From positions 75,020,001-75,084,000 of the forward strand of contig OZ024746.1 of assembly GCA_964016885.1 (NCBI GenBank): DNA of 64,000 nt. The letters are read 5' to 3'. Made by a program: the position numbers and the translations under genes. Positions 14,525-29,680 of this stretch are shown here, piece by piece. This stretch comes from Eledone cirrhosa. Its lineage: Eukaryota. Under the pieces are notes generated by a model. The model was given only the letters and a program-made list of their open reading frames with translations. It was not told the origin of the DNA and made no database searches. Numbering within the stretch: position 1 is the stretch's first letter; each line of letters opens with the position of its first letter.

Positions 14525-17278
14525 ATGTATCCGTCGCAGGTCGATGAACAAACAGAAGCACAATTTAGTATAGCTAGATCTAAACTTAGAAATATTATAG
14601 AACAGTATAGCAAGAAGCAAAATAGAATGGAGGCTCAGCAACTGGGAGAAAAATCTGTAAATGGCTTGCGTAAGCTCATGCAGCGCTCGCGTAATGGAGA
14701 GATCGCATGCTTTCCAACAGACAAGTATGGCAGAATGTCGGTTGACAGTCTGTCAAACTATATCCAGGCAATGCAACCCCACATCACTAACACGAGAGAA
14801 GTAACACCACAAGAGCATGATGATAGGGACAAAACCCTCAATGCCCATATGATGATGTGGACAAACATAATGCAGCCCAACAGAAGGACTGCCAACAACT
14901 TCCAGGCCTGGAACAATGACGTGCCAGCGTTGTATGAGCTTCGAAAAGACCGTAAAACGAGCAGTGACCCTGTCACAGGACCACCGACACGGCCAGTCTG
15001 TGGAGCTAACATTGCTAGTTACTAAAGACTTTCCTACTTCCTCTCCCTGATCATACGCCCCATCATTGAAATGTCCCCAGATATATGTGACAGCATGGAG
15101 GACCTCCTCAGCAGAATCAGCGAAAGTAACCGATCTAGGGACCTAACATACTCCATAATAGGTAGTATAGATGTTGTGCCCCTATATCCATTTATTGACG
15201 TGGATTTTGCTGTGGAGAAATGCGTAGAAATGATCAGTGAGAGCAATGTTGAATTCCGTGGGATTGATACCAGTGATCTGGGACTCCTACTTAAACTTAC
15301 CTATAGTAATGATTATCTAGATACATATGACCTTAGCAACCTGTGCCCTACAAGACCAGCAAGACGCAGACCACCTACCCTTACCTCAATGGCCAAGAAA
15401 ACCCACACAGATAGATGCAACGGGTGGACCAGAGCCATACGGACACCCGAAAACCACGATGAACTAAAGAAAATGATTGCACATGCGATGGGGGCCAGTA
15501 TAAAATTAACCCTTAAGGAACATATGTTCAAATTTAATGGAAAAACATATGCCCAAGAGGAGGGAGCAGCCATTGGTGTTAGCATTGCAGGTGACATAGC
15601 TAACCTATTCGTGGTATGGTGGGACAATAGACTTAAACTTAAAGTTAAAGAACAATTAGAAGACAGCAACCTCTTAACCCTGATAATGTACTCCCGCTAC
15701 ATTGATGATATATACATCGTAGTAAAAACATCCCCACTAGAGAACAGTCAGGAATTAGAGAAAAACACCATGGAAAACTTCCAGCAAATAGCTAACTCCA
15801 TCCACCAGAGTATTAGAGTTACTATAGACTACCCAAGCAAACACCCAACCATCGATTACCTGTACTAGACACAGAGCTCTGGTTAGATACCATTAATAAC
15901 AAAAAACAAATCCTCCATTCCCATTATGCCAAACCCATGACTTCCAAACATCTGATCCACCGAAACTCAGCTGTTTCGGACCATACCAAAATCAACATAC
16001 TGATTGCGGATTTGGTACGGGTCATGAGAAACGTGTCCCGCATGTGCAACCCCAAAGAACTAGAGAGACACATACAACACTTCATCCACCGTATGCAGTT
16101 CTCTGGTTACAATCAGAGGGATAAAATCAGAGTATATAGAGGAGCCAGAACCAAATGGGAATAAATGGTAAATAATGATACAAATGGGACCTGCCCCTTG
16201 TATAGGAGAACATTTTGGAATAGAATAGAAAGAACTAGGAATAAGGTTAATAGAATAAACTCATGGTATGATAGCAATAAATACCAGAGTGTAATGTTCA
16301 TCAATACAACACCTAGAGGTGAATTAGCTTACAAATTTAGAAGGGCCCTAGATAAACATACACTCAATATTAAGATAGTAGAAAGACCAGGCACCTCCAT
16401 AAAAAACACTTATTAGCAATACATACCCTTTTCAAAGACCTCCCTGTATAGATAAGAAATCTATAATCTGTAAACTAAGCCCCCATATTAACTGTAAAAC
16501 TAGAAATGTAGTATATAGCATAAGATGTACTGAAGGATAATGTAGAGATTAGAATATAGTGAGAATATAGAGACAGCTCGTAGTATAGGAGAACGGATAA
16601 ATGAACACTGGCGAGAGCTTCAAGATAGTAAAGAATCATCTGTACTCCGCCAACATGCTAAAATAGAACATACGGGTAAATTAGAGAACATAGAAATAAA
16701 AATAGAATCTACACACAGAAAAGACGCAATGTTTAGACAAATCACAGAGGCAATAAACATAAATGAACTCCAACCAAAATTAAATAGAAAACATGAATGG
16801 AATAGCAACATCACAACTTACAATTAAGGGCAAAATGAAAACACACACACACATAGAACAAACAACCAACCAGTAACATGTAAATAAACAAATAAATAAA
16901 CGAATATAAACACACACAGACACCCGGATGTAACAAATGCGCAAACTAAGCACACAACACACACAAATACTAGATGGCGTAGCACAGAACAAAGGAGAGG
17001 CACAAAAACAAAGAAAAGAATCCCCAGTCACTGAAGAGGTCACAGAATGTGTGACGAAAGAACTTTGACAATATATGAACAATCGTCTGGTTGTGGAACC
17101 AACCAACCAACCGGAAATTTATAAATTCCTAAATTTATAAATTTAATTTATAATAAATTGAAGTGAAAGCAACTGGTGCATGTGTTTCTTATTGGCAACA
17201 TGACCCTCCCGAAGCATAACAATATCGGTTTCAACACATGTTTTCAGATAAAGAATCTTGCTAAACAAATTCAGAAAC

Positions 17279-17280
<2 letters not shown>
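14525..17280 (+). mobile_element. Decayed Penelope-like retroelement (RT + GIY-YIG endonuclease)
   Basis: ORF pieces 14525-15025, 15071-15868, 15937-16164 and 16165-16416 carry RT motifs (PTRPVC, SIDVVPLYP, QEEGAAIG, YSRYIDDI). A GIY-YIG-like tail follows (CKTRNVVYSIRC...ETARSIGERINEH...SVLRQH). It has stops and frameshifts, is flanked by (TA)n/(CA)n, and has a hammerhead motif in the 3' region. Confidence 0.88.
17027..17069 (+). ncRNA. Minimal type-I hammerhead ribozyme motif in the PLE 3' region
   Basis: GTCA CTGAAGA g GTCACA gaatg TGTGAC GAAA GaaC TT TGAC: stem I GTCA/TGAC, stem II GTCACA/TGTGAC. Confidence 0.6.
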
Positions 17281-17319
<39 letters not shown>

Positions 17320-18032
17320 ATACATTGTAGGTCGCTTTAACCGGTCTTTTATTAATCAAAAAACTTCTTGCCAATAAACATTAACCCTTTGTGCGTGCCA
17401 TTCATCTAACTGTAGACCAACAAATACCAATTAAACAATCGTTGACAAGAACGATGGCGAATGAATCTTCGAGGTAAGCAGTTTCCTCCCGAGCTGTTAG
17501 TTCACGCGGGATTCTCTACTACACCTTTTCGTAATAATACAGAACAACGTACTGCTGGTCACTCCTTCCGCCAAAAGCCGTACAAAGCGGACATGTGCAT
17601 CGGGTAGATGGATCGGGTGCAAATCTACACTAGGCCTACGCGAGAAATTCGTAAGGGACTGCACCGAGAGGGATAGAGAGAAAGAGTAACTTAGTGGAAA
17701 GAGTGCGAATGAACTTTTGAGGTAAGTAGCCTACGCCTTACTGCTATGACACTGGAACCTTCTGCCAACTTAACCTGCGACTTTCTGTTTCACATTTACT
17801 CCAATAGGCCAAAACAGAGGAGTATGAAAAGAAGGGGCTCAACAATATTTCTATGAACAATGCACGTAGACAGCTAAACTGTACTTTCAAATTCTTAATT
17901 TTCTCCAAATAAAACAAGTTTCCTGTCGGTATATTTTCGTGAGTTTTTAACAGGCGCTCACAAATAAACGTTTCTCATTGGAGGTGCTATTACCAATGTT
18001 CTTACCCGTGCAACGCCGGGATACACTGTTAG

Positions 18033-18069
<37 letters not shown>

Positions 18070-18132
18070 AGTTCAGATCTAGATCTAGCTGTCGAAACGG
18101 CCAGAGCTCAGCCATCGGGTCCTGACTCTTTT

Positions 18133-18167
<35 letters not shown>

Positions 18168-18430
18168 CGGCGATGAATTAGTTTTGCCAGGTTTTTTATA
18201 TGAAATCGTGTGTCGAAACAAATATTGTTATACTTGGGGAGGGTCATATTTGTGTAATATTACCAGAATTAATAACAGAACACACTCACTGTTTGGTTGG
18301 TTTTAGCTTTTCGCTTCTGTGTCTTTTATATCGGTAATCTAATTTATTCGATCCTCAATGTTGCCATTGACTGACCAGCGGTCAAAAATAATACAGATAC
18401 AATATAGACACAAACACATATATATAGTTT

Positions 18431-18472
18431 ATCAAAGTTCTTTCGTTGCACATCCGCAACATCGTCAGTGGT
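18431..18472 (-). ncRNA. Hammerhead motif related to 17027-17069
   Basis: ACCA CTGACGA t GTTGC ggatgt GCAAC GAAA GAACTT TGAT; stem II differs compensatorily from the 17027 copy. Confidence 0.55.
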
Positions 18473-21264
18473 GCTATTGTTTCCTCCCGTTATATATATA
18501 TATATATATATATATAAACTCTTTTACCTGTTCCAGCCATCCGGCTGATGCCATGCTGGGGCACTGCCCCATTTATATATATATGTGTGTGTGCGTGTGT
18601 ATTGTGAAGGTTATATATATATATAAATTTCGGTGCAGTGTGATAAATTTATACTAAGTATGATAACCAATTCGTTAGAAGATCTCATTGTTTTTAAATC
18701 GATATATAGGGTGCACCAGAGTTAAAGATTGTGTTCGTTACGGATCAGCTCATTTATGTCTTGAATTTAGCTAAGAACCATTTACGTGTTAGACATAATG
18801 TTCATTACCTTGCCTCTCTAAAAATTGATGGTTTATGTGTTCCACCTGATATCTCGTTATCCCCGTCTCCCTCTTTTCAGGTATTTCAAACTAGGATCAA
18901 ATTATCCAAGGTCATTTCCCATTTTCTAAGGGCGTCAGTGTATGATATGAGAGATATTTAGCTGCTATTTCTAAGAGGTTGAATGGACACCCCAACCTTT
19001 CTTCGTTGACATCTGATTTGTTTAATGCTCAGTCCAAAGTAAGATTTGAATGAGCAGAACTATGATCAAAAGTATTCCAGATGAGACGATCCTATCTTTC
19101 ATATTCAGACATAATTTATCTAGGATTACAATATCTACTGTATTCTTTTACGTAGTTAGAAACTAGAATGTGCTTCGATGGTAGGTGGATAGCTATTCCC
19201 AGAGAGTGTCTTGCCGGAATGATATGGGCTGAAACGTTTGGTGACACCAGGGACACTGGGTATTAGCCCCATGCCCCAATATTTCAGGATGTTGTAGATC
19301 AAAGCACTTTATTGAGCAGATTAATTTAGAAGAGTTATATATATATTCTTGTTATATATATATTCTTGTTATATATATGTAAGTTAGTTTTGATGAATAA
19401 TACCTATCAACATATGCTTTTAAACACAAAGTCCCATCTTTACTTTAGACGTACTGTATCTAAGACGATTATCTATTAATTTAGAATGACGGTTGGTTGT
19501 GAATTGCTAATTTTGGCGGCTTTTCTTGTTCATTATTGAACATCTACATATTCTCATCAATTCTTCGATAATTCCGATGAAGTCTATTATTTGCTAAGGA
19601 GGTCTACGTAAACCGAAACGTCTTCAAAGTTAACTCACGAATGGGTTGATATATTAAACATTTTATAGAGTGTATCTTTCACATTTTGTTAATAACTTTA
19701 ATTAGATTCTTTTTTACTCATCCTATTAAAATACGTTGATACTAGCTTGGTAAGGGCAAAGAATTGGCAGAGTCATTAGAACGTCGGATTCGGATAGAAT
19801 GTTTTGCGCCATTCGTTCCGGCTCTCTACGCTCGGAGTTCAAATTCTGCCGACGTCAACCATTCTTTTCATCCTTTCAGGATCGATAAAACATGTACCAA
19901 TCAGGTGCTGAGGTCGATTCTTCCTGTATATGTCTTTCTCACATCCTTTCTAACATCCCCTCTCTCGTTGCTTCTCTAGAAGAAATAGTTTGTGTTCAGA
20001 CGTGGAGAGGTGATGGGTTCCAGCAAGTTTAAGAAAGTGCCCCAGAAACGCCGTATGTCACTATGGTGTTCCTACGACTCGATCAAGGGTTACGGTTCCA
20101 TACATACCATCCTAGATATTGTTTATCACGCGCTAGCTGTCTGTGATTTATTTCATGAATATGTTATATCATGAATATGTTAATTTCACCGCCTACGTAT
20201 GTACACTATTATAAATCTACATATTATAGAGGAATTGTCTCTCACACATGTCGATAATACCAATAAAGTCAATGTTGTCTTTTTTCTTACTGTAGATATT
20301 TCTAAGATTGCTTATGCTCAATGCATTAAATATAACAACACTAACGTAACTATAGCGATCAAGCAGGTTGAACAATTGGAAATCAGCACATTCGTTGTCG
20401 CAGATGAATTTCTATGCGTGGAGAATGTGAGCGAGATGCTGCAACAGGAGAAACACAGAATTGTGTATCACAAATTATATTGAGTATATCCAGATTTGAG
20501 AAAGAAGTGGATGTAAATGCCGACTCGTTCACGCGGCAGTGCCACTTACAGAAGCATCATGTTTGAGAAATGATGGGACGATGTAATTTATTTTTTTGTT
20601 TGTTATTTTCAAGCGCTTTGAGGTGTTACTTTCCTTATTTCTAAATATTTGTCTACATTTTATTCTATGTTCGAAATAAATAGATAAAATGCAGTCACTG
20701 ACCAGACCTGTAAATTTATTGTGAACATTCGGTAACAATGCTTGACCAAGCCTGTCAAAAATAAATCACAGTTGAATGTATACCAAACCTGACGTCTTAC
20801 GCCAGTTCCAGTGTTTTTCACTATTTTGAAGACAGTTGTAATTGAGATGAGACACCCTTATAAAACTTTACCTGGGAGCAAAATTACAATAGAAAATAGT
20901 AACCTAAGTAAACATGAAAGAACAGCCAAACTCCCACTGTCATCGCCTCCGTCTCTCTCGCCCTCCCCATCTCTCCATATGGTGAGCAAATGGGGTCCTA
21001 CGTGTTGGCTTCCCCACAGCCGCGGCAGACAGAATGGAGTAGAGAGAAATATTTGGTTCATTGATAGACGCAACATAATTTATTGTTAGTTGAACAGTGA
21101 TTCATATTCAAGTTAAACATGAATGAAGTATCACCGACGTTCTGTATACACTATTATAAGACAGTTAATTCTAAGTGTTATCAGACTGTGATCGTTAAAA
21201 TCGATGATCATGAACAACTTATTATATTATAGTCCTTTTTTGTGTAGATGGCACCACATTATTA

Positions 21265-21455
21265 CGGCGGATTGGTAGTATCGGTAGAGGGTCGGACACC
21301 ATGCTTTGATGTATAGAGTTACGGCCCTTTCCATTCTGAGTTCAAATCCCGCCGAGGTTAACTTTGCCTTTCATTCTTACTGGGTCGATAAAATAAAGTA
21401 CCAGTAATGCACTGGATAATTGCTGGTCTTGTGCCAAAAGTAGAAACAATTATTA
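21265..21455 (+). mobile_element. tRNA-derived SINE
   Basis: Matches the SINE consensus. Confidence 0.85.
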
Positions 21456-22449
21456 CCTTTACTAATATTGAAAATGAAACAAATCATTTCATTGGGTACC
21501 TTAATCTATGTTCAATCGAAGGTTTGGCAGGTGATATTAAGCTGTGGCTAAAAACGACCTGGTCTCGGCGTATTGTTAGGCTCCTAAAAATGCCACCACT
21601 TCTTGGAAATTTTGACATGTGAAGTACATTCCCTTCATATATCAATAAACAAACCTTTCAAGGTTTATACACACGAAAAATGGAATGAATGAATTGTACT
21701 CCCACAGCATAAGGTAGCCACACATGGTTGCTCTATGATGCTTACAATCGTTCGAAGTTGCCAATGGGATAAAAAGGCTTCGGATCAGATTAAAACGGAG
21801 GCAGTTGGAAAGTCATTAAACATGTGGAATGACAATATAAAGGTGCATATACTATGATTCTTATATAAAGAAAATTATTCGTTTTATCTCGAGAGTATTG
21901 AAGACCATGTATAATGTATGGATGGCAGCAACCATGAAAATCACCAGCATTACGATTTTATTCCGTTTTACAGAGCATAGAAAAAAGCTTTCATTTATTA
22001 TTTAAAAAAATAATAGTTCACACTTCTTAAACATATATTAAAAATATGTTAAGCTTCTGTCGATGCCGGGGAATGTTTCAGAAGAGACTGATTGGGAAAT
22101 AGACTTACAAGTGGCTAAGGAATCCACAGATACGTAGTTCTTAACGTAGTTCTTGGTGAGTTAGCGTGTGTGGCAAGGCTGGCCCTTTGAACTACAAATG
22201 CAATGCCTTAGATATTTGCACAATGTTGATACGGGGCAAAAATGTTTAACGATTCATTGATTGATTTAAGTTATTTATACAAATTTGTATATAATCGTGT
22301 TTCTTTAAAATACAGTAATGTGCCTTTCTGAGGTCGGAACCCTAAGCAGCTGCCTAGTTTACATTGATGTTAGTGCTGTCCTTTCTCATGACTGGAAACG
22401 CATTGACTGTTTACTTTCTTTAATTCCAATTCCACTGTTCTATAAAATA

Positions 22450-23820
22450 CAGGCGGGGATGAATCTTAGTCACCTACTTCTTCCCCCATATATTTCTGAG
22501 AGGGTCGCTGGGACAGAGTCCTCCAACACTCTTTCCAGCGGGTCCTGTCAGAAGCAACCATCTCCAAATGATCCGGCTGGATCCTCAAGGATGTTATCCA
22601 ACCATCTTGCTCGGGGTCTACCACTGGGTCTTCTGCCTTTGGTGTGTCTTGTAAAATCTGTCTAGAAATTCTTTCCTGAAACATTCTAACCACATGTCCA
22701 TAATATTGAAGCTATTATCTCCATAGAGTAACGTTTCTCCAGACTCTTTGAAGGGATCTCATTTCGGCCGCTAGTATTCGCGATCGTATTCTTTCGGTCA
22801 TTTCCTAAGATTCAACCAAAGCAGGAGTTTGCATGAATACCAAATTGAAGATAGCGAATTTGACTTTTACTCCTACCTCCCTACTTCTGATTACCGAATT
22901 ACTGCACTAGCGCCTACAATTCTTGCACTTAATTCAGCCTCCTTCCTTCCGTCACCCGTGAACACGGTTTCGAGATACTCGAACTTATCCATCTGCTTCA
23001 GTGGAACTCTATTCACATATATAGTGCACTGCGCAGGCTTCCTTGGGAGGACGAGTGTCTCAGTTTTCGCAGCACTGATATCAAGTACAAGTCGGCGATC
23101 ACTCTATGATGACTTAAGTAATACCATGTCGTCTGCAAATTCCATCCGACTGATCTTACACCTGCCAGTCATGATACCCGGCTGCGCATGTCAATTCTGT
23201 TCATGAAAATAATGAACAAGAGAGGTGACAGTACGCATCATTGGCGGAGTTCAACTTCCACATTGAATGGTTTAGATTTAGCACCATTTATCCAAACACA
23301 AATACTCGGGCATTCGTATAGATATCGGGTCAACAAGAAACTGTCCATCGATCCGATTTTCCTGCAGAACTCTCCACAATAGATCCTTTGCACGTGGTCA
23401 TATGCCTTTTCGAGGTCCACAAAACAAGAATAAACCTCTTAAGATTTCACCCACGATTTCACAATGATCTGCCACAGTGTGGATATTTAGTCGTTTGTAC
23501 TGCATCCGGGGTGAAAACCATACTGTTCATCAGCTAGCTTGAACTCAACATCTCTTTGCCAGATACTTAGTACACCAATGGAGATTAACAGGGAGATCCT
23601 TTTGTAATTAGAGCAATATCTCTTGTATCTCTTTTTGAAAATTGGGATAGTCACTCCCGATTGCCATTGCTCAGGTGCTTTTCTAGAGATTCAAGCCACC
23701 CGGCACACACGAGTCAGGCAAAGAATACATTCTTTATTTATGGCTTTTAACATCTCGAATCGAATTTAATCCACCCAAGCGGCCTTGTCACATTTGCGCT
23801 CTTTAATTGATCTGTGGCCT
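22450..23820 (-). mobile_element. Decayed RTE-like LINE (RT domain to 3' end)
   Basis: Minus-strand fragments PEQWQSGVTIPIFKK..CSNYKRISLL, QYGFHPGCSTND, FVDLEKAYDHV, EFADDMV and a C-terminal RRPSGRPRARWLDNI; many disruptions. Confidence 0.8.
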
Positions 23821-24327
23821 CAAACTCCGAGAGATTAGTATTTTTACTATTAAAAAATAGAAGTTTTAGAAAGACATTCATTGTGGATTGGGTCAAATAA
23901 ATTTCTCTTGTCCCGTGTTTTGTTTCAGTTAACCCCAAAATATATCGTAATTGAAATAGATGCGTGGAGTGGCGAAATATGCAAATAAATAAATATTGTA
24001 ATAAATAAATAAAGTAATAAATAAATATAGTAATGAATTGACAAATCAATATATGCGGATTTAAAAGAGTTTTATTTCTATAGAAAATACATAGTTCTAA
24101 GCTTCGAAAGTCGCAGTAAGTAATCTATAACATTCTGAGTGTTCAAGGTTGAAGAAGAAAACAGGTTCTGGAATATATAAAGATATTAAATATTAGACAA
24201 TTTAAAAACTGGGTGTTTATCTTTCAAACATAATATACTCCGAGTAAAATCTGAAGTAAAATGTCTGTTATGTATCATAAATTCATTTATACATACATGC
24301 ATATATACATATACACATATATACATT

Positions 24328-24456
<129 letters not shown>

Positions 24457-24661
24457 TTCAAAAATTAAACAGAAATAAAACAAACGACACAGTACAACGA
24501 AGAAGTATATTAGTTCAACGCTTAATATATTAAAAAAGAGTCTCACGTTTCAGAAACAAAAAAAAAAAGATGTTTTGAGACAAACAGGTATGTATTCACT
24601 CAGCCATTATCGTGTGCATGCATATATATTTTTATATATATATATATACTGTATACTTATA

Positions 24662-24700
<39 letters not shown>

Positions 24701-24706
24701 ACACAC

Positions 24707-24789
<83 letters not shown>

Positions 24790-24793
<4 letters not shown>

Positions 24794-24985
24794 TTGGAGG
24801 CGGTAAAAACCAGTTACACCATTACTCACCAGAGTACTCGATGCTTGGGGTAGTAGAGTGGGTAATATGAACAAATTTAGGACACCGACGGCTGAGCTCC
24901 GGCCGTTTCAACAGCTAGATCTGAACTGTAATCTAGCTGATGAAACGACAGGAGCTCAGCCGTCGGGGTCTTGAATATTTTCATA
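24790..24985. mobile_element. Fold-back element in (TA)n, 'GAGCTC/GAAACGG' family
   Basis: Inverted arms ccgacggctgagctcc..gtttca / tgaaacg..ggagctcagccgtcgg. Relatives at 2242-2330, 18068-18138, 50183-50378, 53104-53310 and 63762-63932. Confidence 0.65.
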
Positions 24986-25000
24986 TATATATTTATAATA

Positions 25001-25246
25001 TGAACTCAGACCGTAAAGGGGCGTATATCTATGCTGCAAAGCATGGCGTCCGACCTTCCACCGGTACTGCCAATCAAGAACTTTTAATAATAATAATAAT
25101 AATAATTGTTTCTACTTTTGGCACAAGGCCAGCAATTATCCAGTACATTACTGGTACTTTATTTTATCGACCCCGTAAGGATGAAAGGCAAAGTTAACCT
25201 CGACCGGATTTGAACTCAAACCGTAAAGGGACGTAACTATGCTGGA
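25001..25246 (-). mobile_element. Two partial SINEs (intron 2 of copy 3)
   Basis: SINE head fragment followed by a 5'-truncated copy with an (AAT)n tail. Confidence 0.75.
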
Positions 25247-25408
25247 AAATAGCAATTGTTCAATTTCCGACTCCCTAAACAGCAACATTTGAACAGTTTT
25301 CTCCTTTTGGATACCACTGTGAATCTTGAAACTTCCCTCCTACTAAATTTAGAACTTTCAGTGTTAGCAAATAATCTGATAGAATGAAATAAAAAGGAAC
25401 CACTTACA

Positions 25409-25763
25409 TTAGACCCTGCAATCTGCTAGAGCTTCCTCGGTACATCTTTGTTCTCGAACATTAAAGAAGAGACCGGATTGACATGCCATGGAAGGATATG
25501 AGGTTCGGTTGTAGCAAGGAATGTATCTATGACAGTCTTGGGGGTCACGGTTGGCTCCAAATGGGAATTGGTTACAGAGAGGATCATCTACAAAGAAAAT
25601 ATTTTAATCAGATTATAATGAAAACTCTTCAATCATTATTTGTTTATTTCTAGATTTTGAGCTATTAGCTAGTTACATGGACAATTGTAGTTAACGATAA
25701 TGATTCAATTTCATAGAAAAATATACAAAATATATTTTATCTTTGTTCTTTTAGGCATCACAT

Positions 25764-25831
<68 letters not shown>

Positions 25832-26084
25832 TATCTATCTATCTACCTATCTCTCTATATATATGTATGTATATATGTTTTTCATTACATCTCTTCTTTC
25901 CATGATATCCGGAATACATTGAGTTCTTCATACGGATTGGACACTACCGTAAACTCTTGGTAGATTTATCTACATATGTATATATGTATATATGTATATG
26001 TATATGTGTGTGAGTGTGTAACAATATATATATATATGTGTGTGTATATATATATACATATATATGTATACATATAAGTATACA

Positions 26085-26143
<59 letters not shown>

Positions 26144-26154
26144 TATACATATAC

Positions 26155-26185
<31 letters not shown>

Positions 26186-26235
26186 CACATATATATATAT
26201 ACATACACATATATATATATATATATATACACATA

Positions 26236-26304
<69 letters not shown>

Positions 26305-26879
26305 CTAAACTGATCAGATCCCCCATCAAAGCTAAGTATATTTCCAACCTGCTCTAAACTGTATAGAATAGCTTGTACAATGTATTGTGTGTAATTCAAC
26401 TATATTATCAATGACGAGCGCTTTTATTTTATCGACCACGTAAGGATGAAAGACAAAGTTAACCTGGCGGGATTTGAACTCAGAACGTAAAGGGCCATAA
26501 CTCCTATGCTGCAAAGCATGGTGTCTGTATCGGTAGGGCTACCGATACTGCCAAATCACCGCCCTTCTATTATATAATAATAATAATAATAATGAAACTT
26601 ACTGAATCTTCCTCCATAAACGACGCGGTTGCAGTCATCATATTGGCTATTCCTCCAGACACAAACTTGTTGAGACTGAGAAAACACTGTGGTTTTACCG
26701 CAAGCCAGTGGTTGGGGATACATGGCATTACAGAAGTAGTATTCACTGCAGTTATTTGGTGATCGAATAAAATGCGATCCTGGTCTTATTTCTGTGTTCT
26801 TACACAGAGACATGATTTCTTGACTATAGACTGCTGTCACTGCAAGAAACAGAATGATGGCTGCAACACGGAATTCCAT
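25409..26879 (-). CDS. Secreted double peritrophin-A/CBM14 protein, copy 3 (151 aa)
   Basis: Exon 1 26879-26603. Exon 2 25587-25408 reads [59 protein letters not shown]. Non-coding exon 3 starts at 24167, with AATAAA at 24076-24071. Confidence 0.9.
26420..26563 (-). mobile_element. 3'-truncated SINE in intron 1 of copy 3
   Basis: Head and core of the SINE consensus, about 40 nt from the exon-1 donor. Confidence 0.8.
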
Positions 26880-27036
26880 TGTTGTTTTTTATCAAGTGAA
26901 ATCAAAGGAGAGTTAATACAAATTGCAATCTACAACTCAATTGTAACCTTGGTATGTGTGACTCTGTTGCTTCACATTGTGTCTCTTATATAGTCTATGA
27001 ACAGGGTTTGGGTAAGGTTTAGGGTTAGAGTAGGGT
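26880..27036 (-). promoter_or_regulatory. Copy 3 5'UTR and core promoter
   Basis: TATA at 26986-26993; agggtttgggtaaggtttagggttagagtaggg at 27003-27035. Confidence 0.7.
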
Positions 27037-27214
27037 GCTCGTTAAGTGATCACCGCCCAGCAACCTTGACTTGATAAACAACTTATTTAATTTGTATGTT
27101 TCTGTATCAGTCAATTAGATTTGTTTCAAATTCATTTGTAGTCAAAACTATGTAAAATACATATCCATACACACAAGTAAATATATCGACCCACACAAAA
27201 CGTACACGCACATA

Positions 27215-27360
<146 letters not shown>

Positions 27361-27379
27361 TGTGTGTGTCTGTGTGTGT

Positions 27380-27436
<57 letters not shown>

Positions 27437-29567
27437 CGTGCGTGCGTACTTTACTTGTGTATTCAGGTATGCTAAGAAACGTTAGTATAAGTTGTGAATG
27501 TGTATGAGTGTATATCGATTAAGTCTATTCAGAAAATCTATTACATATTTATATATAGAACGCCCTCTCACGTGCACTCAAACAACATAATTGTTAAAGT
27601 CAGATAAATAAATAGTTTAAAACACTTTTACAAGCACATGAAGTGCTGAAATACACACAGAAACCTACATTATCGCACCCAAATAAACATGAATGAAAAA
27701 CACTTAAACGAATATCATATTGAATTTTTTTTTTAATCAAATAAGTAATGGTGATATTTAAGAACAGCAAGAAATCTTTGAATAATTCGAACGAGGTATA
27801 TTTACATTAACAAAGTGTCTTTGTGATTTCTTATCATGTTTGCCTGCTATAATTCTCTCTATCTGGAAAGAGTAAAGTCATAATAGTTGATTGATTGAAT
27901 GACTTCATCAATGGAAGTACGAAACGAAACGCCGAAGGATAATGCCTTTTGGTTTATTGCTCATTTGTTTTAGGTTAGATTTTTTTAGTGGGGGTATCTT
28001 TTCGTAAGAAACTCCATTTTTAAATAGAGACTGTTAGACTTTAGCAAATCTAGTTTATTGCAATAAAGAAGTTTGTCTTAAATGAATAACTTCTTAGCCC
28101 TAATAGATATTTCAGTCTTCTTTCCGTCTTTTTAATGATGATGTACGCCCGAAGGAAGGGATTTAACAAGAATGTTTTGTTGTTAAATCCTCCCCCTTAA
28201 CCACCTTCTCTCTTGAGCGTCTTTAGCAGGCTTTGATATTAAGCCTCTCTTAAATAATTTTCTTTCCATTTTGAAACCAAAGGTATTGCTAACGTATTTA
28301 ATGTAGGGAAACTTAAAACATTTTATGACGACGTCAGAGAAAAAAGGCAGCACCAATAACTTTCTAGATTGAGGATTGAAAAGAGAAAGTTGTCCTTGAG
28401 TCGAAAACCTCGCCCGAAGGGCTTTCAACAGACTGCATCTGCTGTAAGGCAAGATGATGATGTTAAATGATGTGGCGGATTAAGTCTGTCATACATGCAC
28501 TATTATGGTCTGAGTTCAAATACCGTCGAAGTTAATTTTGCCTTTCATTCTTACGGGGTCGATAAAATAAAGTACCAGTAATACACTGGGATAATTGCTG
28601 GCCTTGTGCCAAAAGTAGAAACAACTATTATAATACGTTCATCAGGCTTCCATGCTGGCTCGGTCTCTCCATTATCACGCACATTTCATATTTCTTGTAA
28701 AAAAAACTGTTAGAAACAAAAACTTGCAAAAACGTGATAACTAATCCTACTTCTTAACCACGCAATCATAAATACATGGTAGCATGAAAGAAAAACGGTA
28801 CTTGTCCCTCTAATATATTCAATTTCCCTGCATTATTGAAGATTCTAGACATCTTACGACCTTGGAAAAGTAATTTTTGTATAATTAGTTACTTATATAT
28901 AGTGCCCCCTGTAATGAATTGTAATTGTTTTTTAACCAAAGTAGTTCTCTACCATTTCCGATCACATGAATGAGATTTCAAAGTAACATGCTCGAAATGA
29001 CATTTTAACTCTTATATTACATATGGTGTGGCTACAGTTATAGTCATAGTTGTTTCAACATAGATGGATAATGATAAAACATATCTATGATCGAAAATTT
29101 CATAAAAATCTATGTGCAGACTAGATAGAAATTATTCATTAAATATTCTATATGGAACATTCATAATTAGTTTTGATATATCAATAAACGATATTGTGTT
29201 ATTAAAATATTATTTATGTTACATATGTGGAATGTGTTTCTATCACTTGTTTCCAGACATTGTTTTAGAAAGCAAAATCATAACATAATATAAATATAAA
29301 AGATTTATCTTAAGTATAAAACATGTAACATATGGAATTTTTTTATGAACACAAGAAGTGAATTTTGTCAAGGGTAATTTTGAATGTTTTTCAATTCATT
29401 CTTAATACACTTCTCCTTGAAAGGTGTGTTAAACTCGAAATATGATTTATGTTGATTATCACTTATATATAAAGGCGTTGTGTAGCTGTTTCATTTTCTT
29501 CATACATAGCATTCACTACAATAAACACATACACACATACATACACACCCGTACACACAAGCGTACG

Positions 29568-29680
<113 letters not shown>

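Larger units (their letters stand above)
13943..18032 (+). mobile_element. Non-autonomous Helitron-like element, interrupted by a microsatellite and a Penelope-like insertion
   Basis: 5' end A|TCTATACATATATATAAAA at 13943. 3' GC hairpin CCCGTGCAACGCCGGG (18005-18020), then TTAG|T ending at 18032. Pairing of the two ends is inferred. Confidence 0.45.

Noticed and set aside
20300-20800. Possible transposase remnants (also ~21640-21990, 28183-28470, 48460-48600, 52320-52750)
   Set aside because: Only faint resemblance to mobile-element coding sequence by eye; cannot be bounded or classified without a search.
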